From IMG/VR virus record IMGVR_UViG_3300020595_000062, positions 1-45,647 of that record: a stretch of 45,647 nt of DNA; one strand, written 5' to 3'. The notes beneath the pieces were generated by a model, which was given only the letters and a program-made list of their open reading frames with translations, was not told where the DNA came from and did no database searches. Positions 33,872 through 41,980 of the stretch are shown one piece after another. Within the stretch, counting starts at the first letter, position 1; each line of letters starts with the position of its first letter. Source of the stretch: a virus. The position numbers were made by a program, and so were the translations under genes.

Positions 33872-35254
33872 TTACTGATCCACCGCGCTATTTAGATCTT
33901 GAGAAGTTTGCTGGAAAACATTGAACACGGCATCAGCTATGTTCTCAGCTGTGTCAGCTCCTCCTTGAATGAGTATCTCAACTTTATCAACTACTGTGGA
34001 GGCTCTATTAGATATGGAATTGCCTAGTTCGGGTATAGTTCCGCTACCGTCTGCGTTGTATATACCAGTCACGTCTCCTAAAAATCCAGGGAGATTAGAA
34101 GCTACTTCTTTAATGTTATCTATGGAGAACTTATCAAATAGGTCTATTATTTGAGACCATCCATCGAATATCATGTTGGTTAAATCACCAATAGTGGCGA
34201 ACAATGCAGCGATAACTTTTATTTCGTCAGCCCACTTAGGGTACTTTTCTAACATTTCTCCTATGAAACTTTCGCCTCCCTCGAAAAATACCTTAGAATC
34301 TTCTACCAGAGCTACAAAAGCTAAGGCTATAGCTCCTATTAGGGTAGGTAATAATACCGCACTAGCGTTAAATAAGAGCATCCCTTTGACCAATTTGAAT
34401 ATCAACGCACCCATTATAGTCAAATTAGAAAGTAACTGGAAAGTTAGAAAACTAGCTACCGCTAAGGCCGCTAGTTTAAATGCCTTGGCTAAATTCTCTA
34501 CCCATTCTGGTAATCGCTGTTCTATCAATTCTCTATTGGATTTCCACCAATCAGTGAATGTGTTTACTAAGTCGGTGAGTACGGGTGCTAGTTGACGGCT
34601 TATAGTTCTGGATACTTGTTTGGTTATAGCCCACAAATCGGTAAGTGAGTCTTGGAAATCCGCAGCTATTTTAGCATCTTCGGCAGTGGTTACTCCTAAC
34701 GCTTTAGCTTCTTTTATTAATTCTTGTATTGCTTCTGGACCCTGCTGAAGCAATCTAATAGAACCTCTTAAACCTAGCTTGTCAGCTAGTTCTATTTGTT
34801 TTGCCCTACTAAGACCTTGGAATCTTTGAGAAACTTGAAGTAGTAAAGAGCTGAGAGGTTTCAATTCTCCGCTTACTCCAGTTGCAGATATGCCTAATAT
34901 ACCTAATGCTTCTAACGCACTACCTGTTCCCCTAGCCGCTTCCGCAGCCCTTATTGAGAAGTCTCTTAAGGAGCTTGTCATCTCCTCAGTGCTTCCTCCT
35001 GCTCTTTGTTGAGCAAATTGGAGAGCAGCTATATTATCTACTGTTTCCCCAATTTCGTCTGCTAATTTTCCTTGTTCGTCACTGGCTTTGGTAGACGCCA
35101 CTGTTAGTCCAGTTATAGCCACTGCTCCTGCAATAGCTGCACTAGTTAAGCCCTTTAAGAGTTTAACGCTATTGTCTAGGTCTTTTTTAAAATCCTTCAT
35201 TTCTTCAGGATCGTATTCAAAACCTAACTCTACTAACAGTTCGTCTAATTTCAT
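33872..35254 (-). CDS. Tape measure protein
   Basis: 460 aa, Ala/Leu-rich and helical with central hydrophobic segments. It follows the chaperone pair. Confidence 0.8.
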   Translation of the reverse strand: MKLDELLVELGFEYDPEEMKDFKKDLDNSVKLLKGLTSAAIAGAVAITGLTVASTKASDEQGKLADEIGETVDNIAALQFAQQRAGGSTEEMTSSLRDFSIRAAEAARGTGSALEALGILGISATGVSGELKPLSSLLLQVSQRFQGLSRAKQIELADKLGLRGSIRLLQQGPEAIQELIKEAKALGVTTAEDAKIAADFQDSLTDLWAITKQVSRTISRQLAPVLTDLVNTFTDWWKSNRELIEQRLPEWVENLAKAFKLAALAVASFLTFQLLSNLTIMGALIFKLVKGMLLFNASAVLLPTLIGAIALAFVALVEDSKVFFEGGESFIGEMLEKYPKWADEIKVIAALFATIGDLTNMIFDGWSQIIDLFDKFSIDNIKEVASNLPGFLGDVTGIYNADGSGTIPELGNSISNRASTVVDKVEILIQGGADTAENIADAVFNVFQQTSQDLNSAVDQ

Positions 35255-35493
35255 CGGGTTTTTGCTTTACCTTTATTTGATGAATGAGCCTTTAAATCTA
35301 ACAACTCGTTCATCATGAATAAGTCTTCTATAGAGTAAGTTCCATCTTGCAAATCCTTTAAGCTACACATTGGTGGCTCACATAATAGCGGCCTGTGTAA
35401 AAACGGATCCACATTAGGGAATTTATCTTTCTCTATAGGTGATCCTTCATTTTGGCCAGAAAGTTTTCGGCTAACTGGCCTTTGAACAAATTT
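35251..35493 (-). CDS. -1 frame extension of the tail assembly chaperone (G/GT-type frameshift product)
   Basis: The -1 frame is open from 35498 down to TGA 35253-35251, which overlaps the tape-measure ATG. The formal heptamer A_AAT_TTG sits at 35493..35487. The 178-nt gap has no other ORF. Confidence 0.5.
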   Translation of the reverse strand, partial: KFVQRPVSRKLSGQNEGSPIEKDKFPNVDPFLHRPLLCEPPMCSLKDLQDGTYSIEDLFMMNELLDLKAHSSNKGKAKTR

Positions 35494-35858
35494 GAGTAAT
35501 TAACCTGAAGCACGAATATGAAAACTTTATAAACTTCTACCAAGTCGTCACCGGAAAACAACTCATTGAACGAAGTGTCTGTTATACGCTTACCATTGCA
35601 AGCTGTACCTAACACACACGTTTTCATGAGAGCCACTAATTCTTCAGGTGAGTTGTTATCGAAAAATACAGAGATGATTTCAGAAAATGCTTCTGCTTCA
35701 GAATCCTTTTTATCCTTAGAGCTTCTCATCAAAGCAGCAATAGAGGTTCCGAAAGTTTTACCTAATTTGAATTTCATCAACATAGATTTCTCTGCTGGCC
35801 ACTGTGTAACGCTGTATTCGTTATCGCCTATATCTTTTGTTTCTGTTCTACACGCCAT
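35433..35858 (-). CDS. Tail assembly chaperone
   Basis: It lies between tube and tape measure. The track start 35894 is GTG. ATG 35858 has a GGAG SD 7 nt upstream. Confidence 0.7.
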   Translation of the reverse strand: MACRTETKDIGDNEYSVTQWPAEKSMLMKFKLGKTFGTSIAALMRSSKDKKDSEAEAFSEIISVFFDNNSPEELVALMKTCVLGTACNGKRITDTSFNELFSGDDLVEVYKVFIFVLQVNYSNLFKGQLAENFLAKMKDHL

Positions 35859-35902
35859 AATAAACTCCGACCAATTGATTATGATTTCCGACACATTATG
35901 GT

Positions 35903-35964
35903 TTTCCTAGGGAGAGTGCTCTTATGGTGTCGGGATCACAAGGCACTCATCCCTCCCTAGGAAA
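35903..35964 (-). promoter_or_regulatory. Large imperfect hairpin between the tube and chaperone genes
   Basis: TTTCCTAGGGAG (35903-35914) pairs with CTCCCTAGGAAA (35953-35964), and AGTGC (35915-35919) pairs with GCACT (35943-35947). No U-tract follows. Confidence 0.55.
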
Positions 35965-35968
35965 CTTA

Positions 35969-36388
35969 TTAACCTCCTAAATGTAAGAGGTCTAATCTTT
36001 CAACAACAATACTCCATTCTTGATTTCCGGGAGCAGTACCTCTAGTCATACCTGCTGGTTTAGGGATATAACCTTGAGTTCCCGAACCTAAATCATTACC
36101 TCTAGTGTCTTTAAACTGAGCGAAAATAGGAACGAAAATTCCATTTTCTTGAGCAGTAATTAAACCCGACATATAAGAATTAGAGTCTGAAGTCTGCATC
36201 AATCTGAAAACTATTGTTCCAGATCGGTCAGCACTTAACCCAACTGTCATTTCTCCGTCAGTACCTATTTTATGGGAAGCTGAGTCGTTAAGTCTATCCA
36301 AAGAAATAACATCATCGCCTTCATCGTACCCTGATATTTCAACTCCATTCACTAGGAATATTGTATCTAAGAAACTATATTCTTTCAT
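35969..36388 (-). CDS. Tail tube protein (DUF3277-like)
   Basis: MKEYSFLDTIFLVNGVEISGYDEGDDVISL...GTDGEMTV...SGTIVFRLMQTSDSN. It lies downstream of the sheath gene. Confidence 0.75.
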   Translation of the reverse strand: MKEYSFLDTIFLVNGVEISGYDEGDDVISLDRLNDSASHKIGTDGEMTVGLSADRSGTIVFRLMQTSDSNSYMSGLITAQENGIFVPIFAQFKDTRGNDLGSGTQGYIPKPAGMTRGTAPGNQEWSIVVERLDLLHLGG

Positions 36389-36400
36389 TGTATTATCCTC

Positions 36401-37879
36401 TTATCTTTCGAATACGCCGTTGATTTGAACACCATGGATAGCCCCCGCTCCTAATACTACAAAGCTCAGGCCAGGATAAAATCTAGCTTCTTTATCCGAC
36501 TGATTAATATCTTCAACTGGAATAACAATAGTTTTATAACCATTAGCTAAGAACTCACCGTCTATTGTTTCTCCTGGAGCTATTAATCCGTTTCTAACTG
36601 CTTCGTCCAGTGCCTTAATAACTTGTTGCTCTAAAGATGCTACGCCTTTATTAGTGTAAGGAACTTTAGTTGTTCGTGTTAATAAGTATCCAAAAACATT
36701 AGTCTGGATAGCGTTTTCTAACCAATCAATACCATGAACTTCATCGAAGAAAGTACCATTAGCCATGAATGATTCAGCGAACATATCGCTATCGCCTACC
36801 TCAATAAGAGCATTGGCTTTTTTGCTGTCCAATACTGCCTTTTGAGACTGAGTAAGATTCTCTACTGAAATAGTAGGTAACTGTTTAAACTTAAGAGTCA
36901 ATGTGCTGTTAGGCTGATTGAAATTAACAGTAAATGCTCTACCTAATATAGAGGCTGAAGGATACTGGTTAGGGTAAGAACTATAAGTAGTGATACTTCT
37001 TCTTAAGTTTTTACCTTCCAGTAAAGAAGCGATATCGTTGGTAGTAACACTGTCCAATACGTCCAAATCATTGCTGGTATTGCCGAACACTTTAATACGA
37101 GCTTCACACCAATCGGCAGCAGCTTCTACAGCATCTTCACCATTGATTTCAACTCCGTCACGAACTTCTTTAGTGAACAACAAGCCGTACCAATCTGGAT
37201 TTACATTTTGAATAGCATTCAAAGAAGCAGTGATTGTTTCCGCCTCAATACCGTCAGTTTTGGTTCCTTCTCCTTGCTGCATCTGTAATAGAGAGGATAT
37301 ATCTGTTCCTGAAGCAGGATCCACTGGAGTTAAAAACTGAACAGTAGACGAGATACCCGTAGTACCTGAATTGATGTAGAACCTAGATCCATCGTGAGTG
37401 CAAGTAGCTGAAGTGTAACCTCCAGTTCCTACCGCTTGTAATGCTGATTGTATAGAAGCAGCTATGTCGTCAAGAGTAGTTTCTGAATCGCTAAAATCAA
37501 GCCCCGTGATATCCTCAGTACCACTATCAATACTGATAGTAAAGCTACCGTCAGAAACAGCTAGTAGAGCAGTGGCGTCGGTAACGGCTCCTCCTCTTAA
37601 CTGAGCTGCCTGAGCAGTAGGATAACGAGTGGAAACTCTTAACGAAGTAGGCTTAGGTTGTTGGCTAAAATAAGCCGTAGCCGCTTTAACGACTTCGGTG
37701 TTAGCACCCCAATCGGCGGTCACTCCGTCTAAATTTACATAAGAACGAATTCGCTCGGCAATACCGATAACACCTGTCTCAGCTGTAACGATGTTAAGAG
37801 TGCCAAAGCCTTTTCTGGCTGGGAATGTTGCGCCAATGGCGATAGCAACATTGACTACAGTAGAAACGGGTATTGTCAT
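36401..37879 (-). CDS. Tail sheath protein (DUF3383-like)
   Basis: 492 aa with N-terminus VVNVAIAIGATFPARKGFGTLNIVT. It lies upstream of the tube gene. Confidence 0.75.
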   Translation of the reverse strand: MTIPVSTVVNVAIAIGATFPARKGFGTLNIVTAETGVIGIAERIRSYVNLDGVTADWGANTEVVKAATAYFSQQPKPTSLRVSTRYPTAQAAQLRGGAVTDATALLAVSDGSFTISIDSGTEDITGLDFSDSETTLDDIAASIQSALQAVGTGGYTSATCTHDGSRFYINSGTTGISSTVQFLTPVDPASGTDISSLLQMQQGEGTKTDGIEAETITASLNAIQNVNPDWYGLLFTKEVRDGVEINGEDAVEAAADWCEARIKVFGNTSNDLDVLDSVTTNDIASLLEGKNLRRSITTYSSYPNQYPSASILGRAFTVNFNQPNSTLTLKFKQLPTISVENLTQSQKAVLDSKKANALIEVGDSDMFAESFMANGTFFDEVHGIDWLENAIQTNVFGYLLTRTTKVPYTNKGVASLEQQVIKALDEAVRNGLIAPGETIDGEFLANGYKTIVIPVEDINQSDKEARFYPGLSFVVLGAGAIHGVQINGVFER

Positions 37880-37880
37880 G

Positions 37881-38417
37881 TCATTGCACCTGTATATCTA
37901 AGTTATAAATTAAACCGCGAGCTTGATATTCTCCCGATATATCCACACTCTGTATAGAGCGTATTATATCTGAGTCAGTTCCCACAGCATTCAACACAAT
38001 ATCAAATTGTGATCTCTTCTCCCAACCGTTTTCCAGTGGTTCAGAAATTTCTCTTACTTCAGAAGTACTAATAAATCCTAGTTTAGCACTTCTTAATAAT
38101 TCTTGTATAGACTCTCTAATGAATCCAATTCTAACCTTATTAGCGTTATCTACTGCTTCTCCTCGGAAGAAAGATAGAGACATCATTATACTTCTCATAC
38201 CTTCTATTTCTTCGGTTATGTCTAGGTCAGATTCATTATCTATATATTTTCTAGTTTCCCATCCTAATCTGGAATTACTAATAGTATCTATTTCAGCGTA
38301 TTCGGTACTAGGTCTAGGAGCGTTTATCTGTTTAGCCTTTATAGCATATCCAGGAGAATCTAGTAATAAACCAACTACGTCTCTAATTAATTTATTAATA
38401 GTTTCTTCTAATATCAT
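37881..38417 (-). CDS. Neck/tail terminator-like protein
   Basis: 178 aa, immediately upstream of the sheath gene. The call rests on position. Confidence 0.5.
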   Translation of the reverse strand: MILEETINKLIRDVVGLLLDSPGYAIKAKQINAPRPSTEYAEIDTISNSRLGWETRKYIDNESDLDITEEIEGMRSIMMSLSFFRGEAVDNANKVRIGFIRESIQELLRSAKLGFISTSEVREISEPLENGWEKRSQFDIVLNAVGTDSDIIRSIQSVDISGEYQARGLIYNLDIQVQ

Positions 38418-38767
38418 TCTTTGGCTCCATACGCTATGTTGTGACCAAACGTAGACCAGTTAGCTAAACTGATTATCTTGTATCTAGCGTTGTCAAACAA
38501 TATTACGTCGGCTATCAAATTGTTTCTATCGTCAGCTGTCCTCAGTTTTCTTTTAGAAACGAACATCATTATGTTCTTATCTCTTTCTCCCTCAGGTAAT
38601 ATTTGCAACTGTTCAGGGGTAGGTTGCTGAGGACTTATTAAACTCTTAAACGTGGAAATAGAACCTGCTGAATATATACCGTCTATATAACCCCCAGAGG
38701 CTGTTCTCTCAACTGTCAACTTCAAACACGTGTCCAAGTCCAGGGCTTCGGAAACAGATATAGTCAT
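38414..38767 (-). CDS. Head-tail joining protein
   Basis: 117 aa, coupled to its neighbours by overlapping start and stop codons. Confidence 0.5.
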   Translation of the reverse strand: MTISVSEALDLDTCLKLTVERTASGGYIDGIYSAGSISTFKSLISPQQPTPEQLQILPEGERDKNIMMFVSKRKLRTADDRNNLIADVILFDNARYKIISLANWSTFGHNIAYGAKE

Positions 38768-39219
38768 TAGTTACCTACCTTGTATATTATAGACTGTCTT
38801 AAATGACCAGTATCTACCAAAGGGTTTCCATCTCTAGATTTCAATTCCGGACTCTTAATATCTGTAATCTTTTGAACTACGTCCGATTGAACTTTAAGTC
38901 CTATTAAGTTCAACGCTTTTTTCTTGTTCATTTTACCTTGTATTATTTTCTTAGATAGAGAAGCGAAAAATCTTAAGTATTTCTTTCTATTCTCTTTCAT
39001 GGTAGATCTAAGAAAACTTCTCTGAGGTATGTTTTTAGAAGGGGATCCGAACTCGTGAACCGCTCCTACCATAACAACTGAAGTCCCATCGGGATAATCA
39101 TTACTGCCTTTGGGGAGACCTACTTTTACCGAACTATCCCCCCTCATTGATTTGTTTATCTTTTCCAATTCCTTTATGGCTTTGTCAGGTTTAGATTTGA
39201 TTCTTGTTTTGGATTTCAT
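38767..39219 (-). CDS. HK97 gp10-like tail/neck component
   Basis: VGAVHEFGSPSKNIPQRSFLRST motif. ATG 39219 forms an ATGA overlap with the upstream stop. The track start 39252 lies inside the upstream gene. Confidence 0.6.
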   Translation of the reverse strand: MKSKTRIKSKPDKAIKELEKINKSMRGDSSVKVGLPKGSNDYPDGTSVVMVGAVHEFGSPSKNIPQRSFLRSTMKENRKKYLRFFASLSKKIIQGKMNKKKALNLIGLKVQSDVVQKITDIKSPELKSRDGNPLVDTGHLRQSIIYKVGN

Positions 39220-39608
39220 AATCTGTTTGCTACTATACCACCAGCAAAACACAAATTCCTAATATTTAGGAACTGTTGACCGTAAGAAGTACCTATGTAA
39301 AAATCATCTAAATCGGATCGGTCTTTAGCGACTATTGATTTAGATACCGATACTCCTCCTGCAGACTTAGATTGTATTGTCCCAGAACTAGATGATATAT
39401 CTCCCAGTTCTGTTTTCTCAGCCGATATCAATAAATGCGCAGACAAATAAGATTGAGCTAGGTTATATTTGCTTCCCCACCTTAACTCATCCGTACCTAT
39501 ATACGCAGTAGAGTCCTCTATAAACAACAATATCCTAGGATCCGAGTATTCAGCTTCATCTGAAAACTCGGGAAACCTAATTCTAAAGTCTGAAACAGTA
39601 ATACTCAT
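39216..39608 (-). CDS. Head-tail connector (DUF4054-like)
   Basis: FRIRFPEFSDE...RWGSKYNLAQSYLSAHLL. Confidence 0.6.
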   Translation of the reverse strand: MSITVSDFRIRFPEFSDEAEYSDPRILLFIEDSTAYIGTDELRWGSKYNLAQSYLSAHLLISAEKTELGDISSSSGTIQSKSAGGVSVSKSIVAKDRSDLDDFYIGTSYGQQFLNIRNLCFAGGIVANRL

Positions 39609-40045
39609 TATGAACCCTTAGTGAGTGTGTAAACCAATATCGCGCCTAATATACCAGACGCCCATTTAAAAATTTCCTTACTTATGTCTCGTTGACCCTT
39701 ACGTATGTTTCCGTTAGACTCAAGATCTTCTATCTTAAGTCTGGTCTCATGTAATTCCTTTTTTATTGAGGATATTGTTCTCTCCAACGAAGATTTATCT
39801 CCGTAACTAGCTTGCCATATTTCCGAGTCGTGTATTCGTTTATCGTGAGTGTCTAACCTATTGCCGTATCTAGAAAGAGCTTGTTCATGACTATTAACTC
39901 TTTCTTCTAATCTAACTACTTCTGCGAGTCTTTCTTCTATAGTACCTAGTCTTTCTGAGATATTGTCTAAGGTTTTCCACAGTCTAGCTTCTGATAATTC
40001 GTTCACTGTAGAAAGCCCTTTACTAGTTATCTCATTAATAGCCAT
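39608..40045 (-). CDS. Coiled-coil protein with a C-terminal transmembrane anchor
   Basis: Heptad-rich residues 20-120, ending in IFKWASGILGAILVYTLTKGS. Confidence 0.7.
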   Translation of the reverse strand: MAINEITSKGLSTVNELSEARLWKTLDNISERLGTIEERLAEVVRLEERVNSHEQALSRYGNRLDTHDKRIHDSEIWQASYGDKSSLERTISSIKKELHETRLKIEDLESNGNIRKGQRDISKEIFKWASGILGAILVYTLTKGS

Positions 40046-40053
40046 AAGATGAT

Positions 40054-40129
40054 CTCATTCTAATTGTGCATTCCCTACGTTAAGTATGTACAATTAGAAT
40101 GAGCCTCGAAACAAATCAAGGCTCATTCT
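40054..40129 (-). promoter_or_regulatory. Two mutually exclusive hairpins (14 bp and 11 bp) sharing an 8-nt segment
   Basis: Hairpin A pairs 40054-40067 (CTCATTCTAATTGT) with 40090-40103 (ACAATTAGAATGAG). Hairpin B pairs 40096-40106 (AGAATGAGCCT) with 40119-40129 (AGGCTCATTCT). Confidence 0.6.
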
Positions 40130-40138
40130 TATTACTTA

Positions 40139-40435
40139 CTACTTGTCAATCTTTTTAGCCTTTGGAGCTGATACAGATTTAGACTTAGACTTAGTGTCTG
40201 GGTCTTGATCTAGTTCCTTGTCGTCTTCCTCTTTACCAAAAGAAAGTTGACCTTTCTTTTTGAGTTCAGCGACGTAAGGGTCAACTTTCTTACCATCTTT
40301 AGAAACAAAAGAAGCCCAGTGAGAATCTTCAACCACGTTAAATCCTGGTGCGATTCTAACGGTAACTCTACTTCCGTTATCATTGATAGTTTTTAAGTTA
40401 AATTGACGAGCAGTGTTATTTGTGATCCCAGACAT
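40139..40435 (-). CDS. Hypothetical protein with a Lys-rich tail, downstream of the capsid gene
   Basis: 98 aa with C-terminal DTKSKSKSVSAPKAKKIDK. Confidence 0.65.
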   Translation of the reverse strand: MSGITNNTARQFNLKTINDNGSRVTVRIAPGFNVVEDSHWASFVSKDGKKVDPYVAELKKKGQLSFGKEEDDKELDQDPDTKSKSKSVSAPKAKKIDK

Positions 40436-40437
40436 GA

Positions 40438-41484
40438 TTAAATCCCCGTAGCAATAGCAAGTGACATTGGATAATAAATATTCAGTCCAGCTAATCGAGA
40501 ACGACCTGGAACAACAAATTCCAAATTTTTCTGCTGGATAGGTAACATTTCCAATTCAACTGGAATTTCCAATTGAAGTTTATCAGGGTTGCGATCATAA
40601 GCTACCATCGCATCCGTAGACAATTCCGGATTGTTAGCTGCGGAACATTCGTTGACAGGGATCATATCTTCAATGCTGTTTAGATACGGGCTGTTGTTCG
40701 CCAAGTACTGAGCAATAGTAGTGTCGCTATTGCTAGAACGAGGAGTAGACATAATATAAGACCACTGAGCAGGAGGCATAAGTAACGTATTACCCTGCTC
40801 AACCATGTTAGTTGTCTCAAAAATGTCAGCGAACAAATCGTTAACGTCAAATAAGATTTGATCCGGAGTCTTGTTAACCCATTCAGTACCAGAACCAGGA
40901 TTGACTACCGCACCTGTTGGGATATTAGGATTGCTAAATAATCCCGGAAGATTAGATTCAGCGTCTCCGAAGAAAGCCACATCATTAACAACTTGTTCAT
41001 TAGAACGACGAGCAGCATTGGCACGACGTTGATCTAATGACATACCTGTCAACTGAGAAGCTTGAATCTCATCCAAGTTATAACCGTAAGAAATACCTAC
41101 TGAACGAACAGGAATGGTAGTTTCCTTACCTGCTACATCTGCACGAGGCAAATCATCAGCATAAGCATTGATGATTTTAGCAGAACCAGCTTGATCGTAA
41201 GTACGATAAGTAATAGATGTGATACCTGCGCCACCTTCGTTACTAACAGGGAACAAGCTACGAGCTTTTAACTCAGCATACTTAACATCATAACTACGAG
41301 CTTTAATATGCTCTAGTTGGCGTTGGAAGAATACCGCGCCATCTGCATCCATGATACCGTTACCAATAGCCATAGAAATAGCTACGTCTAGATGCACTTG
41401 TCTAGAACTAGGACCGCTAGTGTGAACTGCGCTCATACCGTCCATGACCAGAGTCGAACCGTCTTTCAATTTAATAGTTTTCAT
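40438..41484 (-). CDS. Major capsid protein (DUF2184 / HK97-fold-like)
   Basis: 348 aa with FFQRQLEHIKARSYDVKYAELKAR...ITYRTYDQAGSAKIINAYADDLP. GGAGG SD present. It follows the scaffold and decoration genes. Confidence 0.8.
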   Translation of the reverse strand: MKTIKLKDGSTLVMDGMSAVHTSGPSSRQVHLDVAISMAIGNGIMDADGAVFFQRQLEHIKARSYDVKYAELKARSLFPVSNEGGAGITSITYRTYDQAGSAKIINAYADDLPRADVAGKETTIPVRSVGISYGYNLDEIQASQLTGMSLDQRRANAARRSNEQVVNDVAFFGDAESNLPGLFSNPNIPTGAVVNPGSGTEWVNKTPDQILFDVNDLFADIFETTNMVEQGNTLLMPPAQWSYIMSTPRSSNSDTTIAQYLANNSPYLNSIEDMIPVNECSAANNPELSTDAMVAYDRNPDKLQLEIPVELEMLPIQQKNLEFVVPGRSRLAGLNIYYPMSLAIATGI

Positions 41485-41497
41485 AATTATCCTCCGA

Positions 41498-41980
41498 TTA
41501 TGAACCAGCCGTTACAGCGTCAGATTCTAGACGAAGAACTGCCAAACCACCAGCCGAAGCAGTAGTTTCCCAATTTGCGCCATCTAGTTGAGTTTCACCA
41601 GCTCCTGCAGAACCAGCATCCAGAACTCCAGTGTCATCAGTGTACTTTACTGAATCTCCAGGATTGCAACCCGTAGGACATACCGCCCATACATAACCTT
41701 TGCGCATAACTCCAGCTGTTTCATAACGACTGTAATTAATAGCTCCAGTATTAGCACTAGCTTCTCGATCCAAAGATCGAAGAGTAATACCTACAAAATC
41801 AGCACTACCAGCTAGATCACATTGTTGTTCTGAATCGGTTCCTCGTTTAACTGCTACTGCGAATCCAATGCCAGCTACGGTTTCTACAGCGAAAGAAGAA
41901 ATATTATGAGGAGCTTGAGCATATAACATGCCTGCATAAGCTACTGCTTGATTGATTGAATATGAAGTTTGAACACTCAT
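41498..41980 (-). CDS. Head decoration/cement protein (DUF2190/Gp24-like)
   Basis: 160 aa, located between scaffold and capsid genes. Contains AGVMRKGYVWAV. Confidence 0.55.
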   Translation of the reverse strand: MSVQTSYSINQAVAYAGMLYAQAPHNISSFAVETVAGIGFAVAVKRGTDSEQQCDLAGSADFVGITLRSLDREASANTGAINYSRYETAGVMRKGYVWAVCPTGCNPGDSVKYTDDTGVLDAGSAGAGETQLDGANWETTASAGGLAVLRLESDAVTAGS

